From IMG/VR virus record IMGVR_UViG_3300027985_001162, positions 1-38,038 of that record: 38,038 nt of DNA; one strand, 5' to 3'. This DNA is from a virus. Its lineage: Duplodnaviria > Caudoviricetes. The translations under genes were made by a program, and so were the position numbers. Positions 17,732 through 27,318 of the stretch are shown here, piece by piece. Position 1 is the first letter of the stretch, and every line of letters begins with the position of its first letter. The notes under the pieces are model-generated. The model was not told where the DNA came from and did not search any database. It saw only the letters and a program-made list of their open reading frames with translations.

Positions 17732-18307
17732 CTATGAAACAATAAAATCCACTTCTATTGCCCAGTAATCTATTCCTTCTAGGGTTGGTATTGCTTCCTC
17801 ATTGTCTTCTTGCGATACCGTTTCCAGTACAATTCCTTTATTACTGAAGTAACTCACCACATCACCATCTACCACATTAGGTATCTCTAGCAATTGACCG
17901 GGGCTTAATTCATCCGTAAGGGATAAAGCATTAAGCAGAGCCAATTCCATCACCGCCTCAAGGCTTCCACAATACTGCAGGGATACATCAAACAAACTTT
18001 GTCGCTCGCTTACTTTCTTACCACTTACACGCTCGAGGTCGTTACTCCAGTAAATAACCTGTATGTTCTCTTGCGGTGCAGCAGCTTCTTCCGAGTATGT
18101 CGAAGGAACAAGGTTCTTTTTAGTGAAGTAATCCGCTAATTTGCTATTCCACTGCTGTGGTAATTCTATGCAAGTTCCGGGAGCAAGTTCATCGCATACA
18201 GACAAACCGTTTTGCAGAGCTAAAACAAAAGCCGCTTCACACGAACCAAGCTTTTGAACTGCTATATCAAACACACTTTGTTTCTCGCTAACGTTGATAC
18301 TTGCCAT
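17732..18307 (-). CDS. Tandem LysM-like (gpX-type) baseplate protein
   Basis: Two repeats of QSxFDxxxQxxGSxEAxxxLAxxNxLSxxDELxPG; C-terminal EGIDYWAIEVDFIVS. Confidence 0.75.
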   Translation of the reverse strand: MASINVSEKQSVFDIAVQKLGSCEAAFVLALQNGLSVCDELAPGTCIELPQQWNSKLADYFTKKNLVPSTYSEEAAAPQENIQVIYWSNDLERVSGKKVSERQSLFDVSLQYCGSLEAVMELALLNALSLTDELSPGQLLEIPNVVDGDVVSYFSNKGIVLETVSQEDNEEAIPTLEGIDYWAIEVDFIVS

Positions 18308-18373
18308 TTTTACTGTTTAAATGCTGTTTAAATTAAAATGTCAACCCCTTTTGCGACTATTTACACCAATTTG

Positions 18374-18943
18374 CTATTTTATTAGATTAAATCGCCTTAA
18401 AATGAGATAAGCGATAATTGTCACGGCTAAACCCAAAATAATCGATAACCACATCAGAGCAGGTGGCTTTTTCACCTCTCGCTTTTCAGTTTTAGAAACC
18501 TGTTCTTTTTTGTGTGCTTTGGTGTCTTCGATGTATTGTTTTTGATAATTGGTAGTGAGTATAGAATCTTTATGCTGTTTAATACCATTCTTAGTATGTT
18601 TTACATTACTAGATTCTTTATAAATGATCCGCTCGGGATATTGAGCACCAATAGAATTGGGCTTGCTTAACACAACCGTTACTTCATTTACCACAAGACT
18701 GTCACTTGTTTCGGTTTCATCAACCACAACATCACTTACAACAACAGAAACAATGCTATCGGTCACCACTTGCACGTGATCGCTTTGAGTAGTTTCCACT
18801 TTTGCTTGTATTTGTGTGGTTTTCTTTACCGTTTTGCATCCGGTTACTAACGAAAGCATTACCATGCAGAATATCATTAGTACAAACAAGATTGCTTTTT
18901 CGAACTTCGGACTTCGAACTTCGTACTTCGATCTAATTATCAT
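18374..18943 (-). CDS. Lipoprotein with C-terminal TM (unimolecular spanin-like)
   Basis: Lipobox LVTGC, C-terminal TM helix, located in lysis cluster. Confidence 0.6.
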   Translation of the reverse strand: MIIRSKYEVRSPKFEKAILFVLMIFCMVMLSLVTGCKTVKKTTQIQAKVETTQSDHVQVVTDSIVSVVVSDVVVDETETSDSLVVNEVTVVLSKPNSIGAQYPERIIYKESSNVKHTKNGIKQHKDSILTTNYQKQYIEDTKAHKKEQVSKTEKREVKKPPALMWLSIILGLAVTIIAYLILRRFNLIK

Positions 18944-19286
18944 GATGAATCTTTTTAATTTGCTCAACCATCGACTCAAGATTCTCGGGTGTAATCTTAT
19001 CCAATAGTTTCACCATTCTGTTATTTACATTTGTTAGTCTTGTGACGGCTTTTCGTAAGCCGTCTACCTGCTTGTTCATCTCTTCATAATTAACACGGGA
19101 TGTCTCCAGTTCCTTCCGAAGATTTTCGGCCATCAACCTCCAGATGGTGATAGCTTCCTGTACATTATCAAGTTCAGATGCCTTTGCTTCTGCCGTTGCT
19201 TTCTTTTTGGTAGCACGTAAAGTCACTAACGAGACGATAAGACCGCCACCAAAAATTAGATTAAGAATGAGGTTTAAATGTTCCAT
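18933..19286 (-). CDS. Membrane-anchored coiled-coil lysis protein (holin/antiholin-like)
   Basis: N-terminal TM with GGG followed by coiled coil; next to endolysin. Confidence 0.55.
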   Translation of the reverse strand: MEHLNLILNLIFGGGLIVSLVTLRATKKKATAEAKASELDNVQEAITIWRLMAENLRKELETSRVNYEEMNKQVDGLRKAVTRLTNVNNRMVKLLDKITPENLESMVEQIKKIHHDN

Positions 19287-19296
19287 AATAGTAGAT

Positions 19297-19506
19297 TTAG
19301 CGGTTGATAATTTTTTCTAACACCGATAAGGAGCTTTGTCCTCCTGTTAATGCAGCAAACACATAAACCAAAGTAGAGTCTACCGGACATGATTTAGCTT
19401 TTAACACTACCATACCCACCAACACCAAGAAGGAACCAATAGCTATTAGTCGTTTGTGACTGGCGTCGTTACTGCTACTTAATAAGTTTTTAATTAGATT
19501 CTTCAT
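19297..19506 (-). CDS. Putative holin
   Basis: 69 aa, ASHKRLI followed by two hydrophobic segments. Confidence 0.55.
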   Translation of the reverse strand: MKNLIKNLLSSSNDASHKRLIAIGSFLVLVGMVVLKAKSCPVDSTLVYVFAALTGGQSSLSVLEKIINR

Positions 19507-19509
19507 CGC

Positions 19510-20103
19510 TTATAGTGTTTGAGATTTGATAATTCGCATGATGGCATCAAAGTGAAGCTTTGTAATTGCTCGCCTGCCTTTCTCAGACATGAGGAATTCA
19601 CAGTCTCGTTGATTGGTCATGAATAAGTTCTCAGTTAATACTGCCGGGCACCGGGTATTTTTAAGAATGTAGAAGTTAGCTTCCTTATCACTGTCACCGT
19701 CCAACAAGTCTTTTCGAATCTTAAAGCCTCTTAAATTGTTTTTAGCACTTTTTACAAATTGCTCAGCAAGCGCATCGCTTTTGGTTTCGCCTTTTGAGGT
19801 AAAAATTTCCCAACCATTGGCACTTCTAACTGAAGCTGCATTGGCATGAATAGAAACTAAGAAGCTATCTGGGTGTTCTTCGTGATACTCGTTAATGCGC
19901 TTTACCCTTTCTGCTAATGAGATATCTTCAATCTCCGGAACAATTATAACATTGTCGATGCCGAAATAATCTAACGTGTTCGCAAGACGTTTGGCAATAT
20001 CACGATTAAACTCATACTCGTATAAAATCGAACCATCAGGCCAAAGCGGACTGCATTTACCTTGTGTTTTCACACCGTGTCCATTATCAATTATTACTTT
20101 CAT
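19510..20103 (-). CDS. N-acetylmuramoyl-L-alanine amidase (Amidase_3) endolysin
   Basis: IIDNGHG, YEYEFN, LVSIHANA, PAVLTENLF. Confidence 0.92.
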   Translation of the reverse strand: MKVIIDNGHGVKTQGKCSPLWPDGSILYEYEFNRDIAKRLANTLDYFGIDNVIIVPEIEDISLAERVKRINEYHEEHPDSFLVSIHANAASVRSANGWEIFTSKGETKSDALAEQFVKSAKNNLRGFKIRKDLLDGDSDKEANFYILKNTRCPAVLTENLFMTNQRDCEFLMSEKGRRAITKLHFDAIMRIIKSQTL

Positions 20104-20411
20104 TATTCTTCTGTTTTAATATTCATGATTATCTTATCCTTGTATTCATCGTAGTTGATGCCTGCACGGATAAAATGCGCTCGTATGCGCTGATCAATTT
20201 GCGACTGGCTAAACTTGCCTCTGATGTATTTTGTTAATCCAACCCCGAGAAGCGGATCTTCTTTCAATTCACCCTGACTCATTTGCAACACCAAAGCAGC
20301 TCATTGGTCGGTATTGTCTCCAACAACTAAACCGCTCACGATCTTACCGCTGCTGTCTAGCTTGGGTCTGATCATCAACTCGTAGTCTTTATCAATTAAA
20401 ATTCCGTCCAT
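20103..20411 (-). pseudogene. Baseplate gp25/gpW-like gene with in-frame TGA at codon 37
   Basis: ATG 20411 MDGILIDKDY...GDNTDQ*AALVLQMSQGELKEDPLLGVG; coupled at both ends to its neighbours. Confidence 0.7.
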
Positions 20412-20923
20412 TAGTGCGTTATTGTTGGGTCTTCAAAATCATCCTTATTAAAATCATCCGCAGTTGATGTTGGTGAACCTGTATTGCCCGAAGTTCCAAC
20501 GGCAGGGGAACCACTACCTCCAGTAACAGCTGTAATTACTCCACTGTGAACATGGTTGTTAAACTTGTCCACCAAGTCATTAAGCTTACTTTCTAGCTCT
20601 ACAATCTTGATTAAGCCACCATTCACACCACCATTAAACTGTGTTAACTCAGCTTCATCGGCATACAGTAATAAGGCCGTCGCCTCGTCACCTTCAACAA
20701 TAGCTATCAGGCAATCGGTATTCACCTTTGGTTTTATAGCTATGTTTCCAACACCTAAAAGAACCTCGTGATAGGGTAGGTCATCACTATCGTTTGCCGT
20801 CATGGTTTGCTCATCCCAATTCACTTCTGTAGCAGTCACCCACCTTAACGTGGCTTTTGCATTTTCGTTTAAATGATGTTTAAACAGCTTGTCAAAACGA
20901 TTTAATTCACTGATGTATGTCAT
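20411..20923 (-). CDS. Baseplate spike (gpV-like)
   Basis: OB-fold region KPKVNTDCLIA; apex FNNHVH (HxH metal site). Confidence 0.75.
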   Translation of the reverse strand: MTYISELNRFDKLFKHHLNENAKATLRWVTATEVNWDEQTMTANDSDDLPYHEVLLGVGNIAIKPKVNTDCLIAIVEGDEATALLLYADEAELTQFNGGVNGGLIKIVELESKLNDLVDKFNNHVHSGVITAVTGGSGSPAVGTSGNTGSPTSTADDFNKDDFEDPTITH

Positions 20924-21885
20924 ACCGCCTGATCTCCCATTTTACAAGCTTGCCTGTACTCAGCACTTTCACGCGAGAAGGTCTTGGTTACTGTATCGAT
21001 GTAATACATGCCATCTTTCTCGGGATAATGCATACTTGTTAAATTTATCTTCATACCGTGCTGAACACGTGGAATACCAAACAATGTCACATCACCATCT
21101 AAGCCGGGTTGCTTGGCATCTTTGTACATCTTTTCGGCTTCCTTTCTCATTTCGACCTCTGTGATATTCATTCCGCTTAGCTCTTTTCTTAAGCGTTTGC
21201 CTGCGCCTTGGTCACCATACTCAACATTCAGCTTTTTGCCTTTTTTGCGAATTAGGCTGATGATTACCATCGTGTCTTCAATGGCTTTTTGCTTGAGACT
21301 TTCTCCTGCAGTTTCTTCAAGCTTCACATCTACAGGATCGATATCGCTTTTCGATTTATTAAAAGCGTGCAGTTCCTTACCTTCGAACCAACTGTATATT
21401 CCTTTCTGCTTTAAGTCTTCGAGTATCTCACTTGCTGCCTTCTTAGAGTAGCGAACATTGCCTACTAAGTGCGTATTATCGCAAACAACTTTATAACCCG
21501 GGGCAATGGCCTCCAATAATTCCTTTAAGCCACAATCCTGTTTGCTTACACTAACAACATTGCGCTTGAGCTTGTACATTTCATCCTCGCAATTAATGAC
21601 CAGGGGAATTCCGGCAGACACTTTTGTAATGTATCCCGAGAACTCTAGTTCAAGCTCACCATCGTAACCCAACCACACTTCAACCGGATCACCCTCGCGA
21701 AACCATTCGCTAATTTTAAAGCGATCGAAATCCTTTGCATTCTTCGGGGTGGTAATTTCTGCGGTATCGGTTAACGACTGCCAACTGTTTTCGATCCTTA
21801 CCTCGTTAAAGCGACGTATCCGAAAGCCTTGTCGCCCATTATGCGTAGGAAAAACCAATTCGCCATATAAAGCATGAGTACTCAT
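20920..21885 (-). CDS. Baseplate hub / late control D-like protein
   Basis: LTDTAEIT, GDPVEVWLGYDG, FSGYI, CEDEM, GMYYIDTV. Confidence 0.8.
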   Translation of the reverse strand: MSTHALYGELVFPTHNGRQGFRIRRFNEVRIENSWQSLTDTAEITTPKNAKDFDRFKISEWFREGDPVEVWLGYDGELELEFSGYITKVSAGIPLVINCEDEMYKLKRNVVSVSKQDCGLKELLEAIAPGYKVVCDNTHLVGNVRYSKKAASEILEDLKQKGIYSWFEGKELHAFNKSKSDIDPVDVKLEETAGESLKQKAIEDTMVIISLIRKKGKKLNVEYGDQGAGKRLRKELSGMNITEVEMRKEAEKMYKDAKQPGLDGDVTLFGIPRVQHGMKINLTSMHYPEKDGMYYIDTVTKTFSRESAEYRQACKMGDQAV

Positions 21886-22520
21886 ATTAAGTCGGTTAAC
21901 AGTAAATCTTCATCACTAATGGCATCAATACTAAACTGCATCATGTTCGGACGGCCCTGCACAGGCTTAAACGACAGGTTAAGCGGTAGAATGCGCGAGA
22001 TATGACGTTGAGCAAACAATTGTCCTTCCACTTCGATACTTCCGGCTATCTCATGAAATTTCTGTATTGCATCCATTTGCTCAGCTACCGTTCGTTGCCC
22101 AACCGGGTTTTCTTTATCCGGTAGAATAATCCCATTAATAGTAATGTTCCAATCATCAACTTCACACAGCTCCTTAAATTTCCCTGTCTTTGTCACTTTC
22201 TTTGGTCGATCAAAATCAACCATCGAAGCCAATGGCATTAACAAGTCTGAATATTCTTTTTCCCTTAGTTCTCCATTAGGCTCATAAGCCTTATACTTTC
22301 CACCCTTTAACCAAAACGAACCAAACGCTTTTTGTCCGTAACGAACAGGAGCGTTTTCATAATCCAATTCTGCCTCCAGTTCAACACCCGGATAAGGCAA
22401 GGCTTTTTTATTGTGCTCTATGAACCAAGGCAAATAAAAAGGTGAATTCACCTGATAAACCTCACTCAACAGATTACTCACAAAGCGTATATCTATGTTT
22501 GTTTTATTCTCCATACTCAT
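21882..22520 (-). CDS. DUF6046-like tail tube initiator
   Basis: DDWNITING and FSIDAISDE; follows tape measure gene; start approximate. Confidence 0.65.
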   Translation of the reverse strand: MSMENKTNIDIRFVSNLLSEVYQVNSPFYLPWFIEHNKKALPYPGVELEAELDYENAPVRYGQKAFGSFWLKGGKYKAYEPNGELREKEYSDLLMPLASMVDFDRPKKVTKTGKFKELCEVDDWNITINGIILPDKENPVGQRTVAEQMDAIQKFHEIAGSIEVEGQLFAQRHISRILPLNLSFKPVQGRPNMMQFSIDAISDEDLLLTDLI

Positions 22521-22542
22521 AATCTCACTACTTGATATTTTA

Positions 22543-24561
22543 TTACATGCTCGCCGCCACCATTCCGTCACTAAGCTTATCATTTAGTGCTCTTACAATC
22601 TTCTCAGCAAAAACTTCATACTCTGCTTTGTCAGAATTCGCACCAATGGTGAAATAGTTTTTAATATCAATCTTTTGGGTAATGTTCTTTATGGAACTTC
22701 CTCCTCCGGAACCTTGCAAACCATTACTTGTTTTATTGCCTCCGGTAGCTAACCTACTTGGTGTTAATACCGGGCTTACCTTTTCTAAGGCAAATGTTTT
22801 CTCTTTTGCCGTTTGCTTTTCAGCCTCTACAGCAACGTTTTTCTCTTTCTTTTTATCCTCCTTGGTTTCAAGCTCAATTTTACCTTCAAGGTCTAAGCTC
22901 TCACGAATTGCAGCTATCTTATTAAAGCCTTTTACCGCTAAATCACCAAGCCCGGGTATTTTCGAAAGCATGCCCAACAATTGTTGTACTGGGTATAACA
23001 CGGCATCCAGTAACACTATGCCAATCCGCTTCAAACCTCCCAATATGCCGTCTTTTTCAAAGGCTTCTGTCACACTTTCCCAATTATTCTTCAGAGCCAT
23101 TATGCCATTAATGATTAAACCCAACGGACCCATGAATAATAACACTGATGCGCCCCAGTCTTCAAAGTAGACGATACAGGCAATGATCAAAGCAATTAGC
23201 GCAGCTATCCACCCGATGATTGGGATGTTCATAATGGCAACTCCCAAAGCATTGGCAGCCGTTCCCATCATTGCAAAACCACCGGAAGCAATAGAGCTAC
23301 CCAATGTTACCAGTTTGCCAACAACAGGCATGGTTTTAAGTGTGCCAAAAAGCAACTTAACCCCTTTACCTGCATTAGCCATGTTTGCAAATACAGAAAC
23401 CGCACCGGCCAAACCATCAACAAAGGGTGTGACTTTAGAAGTAACATCAAACATTCCAATGGCTAAATCATTAAACCACGCTTTAGTTCGCGCCATGGTT
23501 TCATTGTAACCACTCATTACAATGTTAGCCTGATCAGTTGCTGTAGTTGTTCCCACAATCTTACCCTGCAACTCTTCCACAAAGTCGATGTTATCGAGAA
23601 TGGTGTTTACGGCATTTTGGTTTTCTGTACCAAATATCTGAGCTATTAAAGTGGCATCAGATTGCGCTTTCTGTAGTTCCTTTAATCGGTCAACAAAAGG
23701 AACGGTCTTGTCAGAAACCAAATCGTAATTGATCCCCAAAGCTTCAATTTTATCTAAAGCATTTTTGGGAAGCACATCTGTTCCGGCCATTTTACCCAAC
23801 ATGTTCCTTAGACCAACACCTGCCTCAGAGCCGTAGATTGTACCTTTACCAAGAGCCTGAATAACTGCATTCGTTTCGGCAAATGATAAATTAGCACTTG
23901 CAGCAGCGTTACCTGCTTGTTTAATACTTGCAGCAATTAAAGGAACTTCGGCAGAACCTTCTTTCGATGCAGCAGCCATGACATTCATCTGCTCTGTCAT
24001 CAACAAAGCTTTCTCCATGGGGTCATCAATATCACCACCAAACTGAAGCATAGAACCTGTTAAGGCATTCATTGCACCAACCGCATCGTTGTTCATGGTC
24101 TTACTTAATGTGGCAACGTTTCGCCCCATTAAATCAAGTGCTTCACTGTTTTGTGCAATGTCGGGTCCAAGCTTACCAAGTATACCTTTGTAACTGGCAA
24201 TCATGGCCGATGCATCGCCTCCAAAATCCAAAGCCGTTTCGCGACCTTTGTCGCCCATCTCCTCTAGCGCATCACCGGTAATACCTGCAATGGCTTCAAG
24301 GTCTTTTAACTGGGCATCAAATTTTGCACCCGGTTCATTCACTTTATTAAACTGATCGGCTATGTTCTGTACGGCATCGTTAATGGCGTACAGGTCGATA
24401 GCAGACATCTCTTTTAGCTTCGACTTACTTTCATCGGCTTTCTCACCAACACCTTCAACCGCTTCGGCAGCTTGATCACTTGCACCGATAATACCTTTCA
24501 TTGGTGAAGTAATCTTATCCACCAACTCAAGTATCCATTGTGTCACTGTTGTGTTGCCCAT
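22543..24561 (-). CDS. Tail tape measure protein
   Basis: WILELVDKITSP, TP901-type core GSEAGVGLRN and IFGTEN, Ala/Gly-rich TM region. Confidence 0.9.
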   Translation of the reverse strand: MGNTTVTQWILELVDKITSPMKGIIGASDQAAEAVEGVGEKADESKSKLKEMSAIDLYAINDAVQNIADQFNKVNEPGAKFDAQLKDLEAIAGITGDALEEMGDKGRETALDFGGDASAMIASYKGILGKLGPDIAQNSEALDLMGRNVATLSKTMNNDAVGAMNALTGSMLQFGGDIDDPMEKALLMTEQMNVMAAASKEGSAEVPLIAASIKQAGNAAASANLSFAETNAVIQALGKGTIYGSEAGVGLRNMLGKMAGTDVLPKNALDKIEALGINYDLVSDKTVPFVDRLKELQKAQSDATLIAQIFGTENQNAVNTILDNIDFVEELQGKIVGTTTATDQANIVMSGYNETMARTKAWFNDLAIGMFDVTSKVTPFVDGLAGAVSVFANMANAGKGVKLLFGTLKTMPVVGKLVTLGSSIASGGFAMMGTAANALGVAIMNIPIIGWIAALIALIIACIVYFEDWGASVLLFMGPLGLIINGIMALKNNWESVTEAFEKDGILGGLKRIGIVLLDAVLYPVQQLLGMLSKIPGLGDLAVKGFNKIAAIRESLDLEGKIELETKEDKKKEKNVAVEAEKQTAKEKTFALEKVSPVLTPSRLATGGNKTSNGLQGSGGGSSIKNITQKIDIKNYFTIGANSDKAEYEVFAEKIVRALNDKLSDGMVAASM

Positions 24562-24775
24562 TGCCAAATATTATTGAAGCTGCAGCTAGTATGGCTGCCT
24601 TAATGTTTAAATGCTTGAGTTCGTTTAAGTACAGAAAGTCTGCGTAGAGTTTACAATAAGAATCATCATCCAAAGTGTCAGGATCAATGCTGAATTCACT
24701 ACGAATTGCAGCATCGGCCTGACGGAAGAAATCTTCTTTATCAACCTTATAGTCCTCTACGCTTTGGATAAAAAA
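24527..24775 (-). CDS. -1 frameshift extension (gpT-like) of tail assembly chaperone
   Basis: Slippery T-TTT-TTA at 24775-24769; the -1 frame is open for 80 codons (IQSVEDYKVDKEDFFRQADAAIRSEFSIDPDTLDDD...) with no ATG near its 5' end. Confidence 0.75.
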   Translation of the reverse strand, partial: FFIQSVEDYKVDKEDFFRQADAAIRSEFSIDPDTLDDDSYCKLYADFLYLNELKHLNIKAAILAAASIIFGNGQHNSDTMDT

Positions 24776-25296
24776 GCTTGGGCCGGGGCTATCATTTCTT
24801 TTAACTGAGATACTGCACCCATAAAGACAATACCATCCTCTAAAGCTTCTTGATCTCCACCAACAATTAAGTTTTTCACCGCTTTGTCTGCAAAGTCATC
24901 AATCTTTCCACCTTGCGCCAATGGTAAAAGCATCTTAATCAATCCACGATCAGGACGTTTTACAATAAACTGGTATTGCTCACCTTCTTCGATAACCTTT
25001 CCGGATAAGTGATTTACCTTCTTGATAAGCTCAAAACAATCCTTATCATCTTTCATTTCAACAAGTTTCTCCAAAGGCTTCAAACGCTCCTCTAAAGACA
25101 AATCTTTCTGACGAATAACGGAAATATCTATGCCTAACTTTTTTAAGTTAATCAGATCGTCAAAAGTTAATTTGTCAATATCATAGATTGGTTCCTCAAC
25201 CACCACGGTAATAACTTTGATTTTACCATACTTCACCTTCATTTGTTCAATGATCTCAGGTGTGATATTCTTGCTTACTAGAACTAATTTTTTCAT
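24757..25296 (-). CDS. Tail assembly chaperone (gpG-like)
   Basis: Between tube and TMP genes; IEQMKVKYG, KRPDR, GGD motifs. Confidence 0.75.
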   Translation of the reverse strand: MKKLVLVSKNITPEIIEQMKVKYGKIKVITVVVEEPIYDIDKLTFDDLINLKKLGIDISVIRQKDLSLEERLKPLEKLVEMKDDKDCFELIKKVNHLSGKVIEEGEQYQFIVKRPDRGLIKMLLPLAQGGKIDDFADKAVKNLIVGGDQEALEDGIVFMGAVSQLKEMIAPAQAFLSKA

Positions 25297-25328
25297 CCTA
25301 TGCAGGTATTTAAATAGTGCTTAAACGA

Positions 25329-25763
25329 TTATATATTCCAAAGTATCTTACCCAATACCACCAATTCAGCTTTTCGGGCAATGGTTTTATCTCCTTGCTT
25401 CACAGCTACGCCACGGCCTTTAATCTTTGCCACAAAGGTGTCTTTCATTTTCATTCCATTGTAGTCGTATTCTACGACAACAGGGAACGGAGCGATCTGA
25501 TGCATACTTGCACCCGGTGGTAAAGATTTCTGCAAAGCATTCCACTCTTCAATGTATAGTGTAAAAGACGCTTTAGCCTCGTAGTTTCCTTCACCGTAAC
25601 CAATCGGATAAGCTCCCTGACCTCGGGCAACTTCAATATCCATATTGTCGTCATACTCAACGTCTGTAATTCCCTCAACATCTCTACCGAGCATATTAAT
25701 GGTTACATCGTTCCATCCGGCCAACTTGCCGAACTTGTTTATAAGTGTGCTAACTGCTGACAT
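25329..25763 (-). CDS. Tail tube protein
   Basis: GWNDV, GITDVEY, GEGNYEAKAS; follows sheath. Confidence 0.8.
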   Translation of the reverse strand: MSAVSTLINKFGKLAGWNDVTINMLGRDVEGITDVEYDDNMDIEVARGQGAYPIGYGEGNYEAKASFTLYIEEWNALQKSLPPGASMHQIAPFPVVVEYDYNGMKMKDTFVAKIKGRGVAVKQGDKTIARKAELVVLGKILWNI

Positions 25764-25766
25764 CTG

Positions 25767-26990
25767 TTATAATTTATTGGTTAAACCAAGGTCAACATCA
25801 AACTCGTGTACCACCATGCCAACAACTAACTTACCTTTCACACGTAAAGGCGAATCTTCGTTAACTACTTGTACCGGGTTGATGTAGATTTCACTCTCAT
25901 CAATATTCCCTGCAGACACCATTGGTTGTAAAGCATTCTTCACCGACTCTTCGCAACCCGATATCCAGGTACTTTTAATCTGACCTGTTGCCGGGTCGGT
26001 AGGAACCTTAGAACGTACGCGAGGGATTAACACCCTGCGAATAATACGAGCTGCTTTGTTCCAAATGCAATTGAAGTTGAAATAAGCGTAGTCGCTCGAC
26101 TTATCTACTGCTGTAGGGCAGCCACTTAAATAGAAGCCCGGGTAATCGGCAAACGAACCGACATAAATCCAACCTTTGGCACTCAGATTCTTTTGCTCAG
26201 CTTTGGTTAAGCTTTTAAAAGCAGTACCATCACTAAGCGCAGCCGATAGCCAGCGTCCTAACGTTTCGTTACTAAGTGAATAGTTTTCTTCACCGCGTCT
26301 CGAGCGTGGTTTTTCTTCAATATCCACCGAACCTAAATCCTCATGCACCTTACGTACTCCTACCGAACCTAAAACAGTACCAAGCCCGGCACGCTTCGCA
26401 AAGGCTGCATTCAACGCTGCAATGGCAGGGTCTTGACCACCTACATAGCTAATGTTTGGTGCTGTAATCGAACGCAAATCAGGATAACCACCTTCACCTG
26501 TAGCAACAGCAGCTCCTACACCTTCCACAATTATACCGTCTATGCGTAAATGCTCAACGGCTAATTCGTCCACAAGGCCCTGTAACAAAACTGCATCTGC
26601 TAAACTAGCAGCAACCATGGTAGACAAGCCACCAATACCCAACACATTCACATCATCAATAGAGCGGATAGCTGCTATTAAAGCATCATCTTCTACCAGT
26701 TGAGCAACGGTTGTTGTTTTGTTAACCGGGATTAACCAAAATTTAGTTTCCGGTGATAAGCGAAACATTTCTGACAAGTGGTAATAAACCAACTCACCGT
26801 TTGTGCTATCGCTCGAGGTCGTAATACCTAAGTCCTCTACCGTATTAATGTCCAGTAGTTCGTATTTGGTATTGTAAGCCAAATCACCAACCAAAGTCAT
26901 ACCGCAGATAAGACAAATAACACGGTCGGTCTCAGAACCATTTCTGAGACCACCGTTTAACTTATTAATATATGCACCCTGAAAACTCAT
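25767..26990 (-). CDS. Tail sheath protein (DUF2586-like)
   Basis: YYHLSEMFR, YPGFY, SDYAY, KAAR. Confidence 0.8.
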   Translation of the reverse strand: MSFQGAYINKLNGGLRNGSETDRVICLICGMTLVGDLAYNTKYELLDINTVEDLGITTSSDSTNGELVYYHLSEMFRLSPETKFWLIPVNKTTTVAQLVEDDALIAAIRSIDDVNVLGIGGLSTMVAASLADAVLLQGLVDELAVEHLRIDGIIVEGVGAAVATGEGGYPDLRSITAPNISYVGGQDPAIAALNAAFAKRAGLGTVLGSVGVRKVHEDLGSVDIEEKPRSRRGEENYSLSNETLGRWLSAALSDGTAFKSLTKAEQKNLSAKGWIYVGSFADYPGFYLSGCPTAVDKSSDYAYFNFNCIWNKAARIIRRVLIPRVRSKVPTDPATGQIKSTWISGCEESVKNALQPMVSAGNIDESEIYINPVQVVNEDSPLRVKGKLVVGMVVHEFDVDLGLTNKL

Positions 26991-27301
26991 TATTCAGTTT
27001 CCTTTAATTCATTCATACGCTTTTCAGCAGCTTCAATTACTGTTTTGCGAGCTTTACCGGCCTGCTCAGCAGTTTTCGGCTTGTCCTCCTGTTCGTCTTC
27101 CATCTCATCACGCTTAAAGTGAGAGATAGAAAGCTCTTTGCCGTAGCGGTTGTTTTTAGAATGATTCTTCACCGCAATTTCATTCTCATCGGTAATAAAG
27201 GCCATGCCATCCGATGTAACGGCTACCTTCTTAGCCTTTGGATAACGCTCAAAAATATCGGCTGCTATTGCTTTTCTTTCGTTCTCGTTTTTAGTTTTCA
27301 T
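26990..27301 (-). CDS. Hypothetical virion protein
   Basis: VTSDGMAF motif and C-terminal RKTVIEAAEKR; between capsid and sheath. Confidence 0.7.
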   Translation of the reverse strand: MKTKNENERKAIAADIFERYPKAKKVAVTSDGMAFITDENEIAVKNHSKNNRYGKELSISHFKRDEMEDEQEDKPKTAEQAGKARKTVIEAAEKRMNELKETE

Positions 27302-27318
27302 TATTAGAAAATTAGAGG

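Noticed and set aside
20301-20303. Genome-wide TGA recoding or selenocysteine
   Set aside because: TGA ends other coupled genes (4886, 20920, 31634); no convincing SECIS-like hairpin; single instance.
22682-24281. Several + strand ORFs opposite the tape measure gene (and similar shadow ORFs elsewhere)
   Set aside because: Antisense shadows of well-supported genes with no motifs.
26990-27301. Possible internal deletion in the small virion gene near KPKTAEQ
   Set aside because: Based only on recollection of longer homologues; cannot be supported from the sequence.
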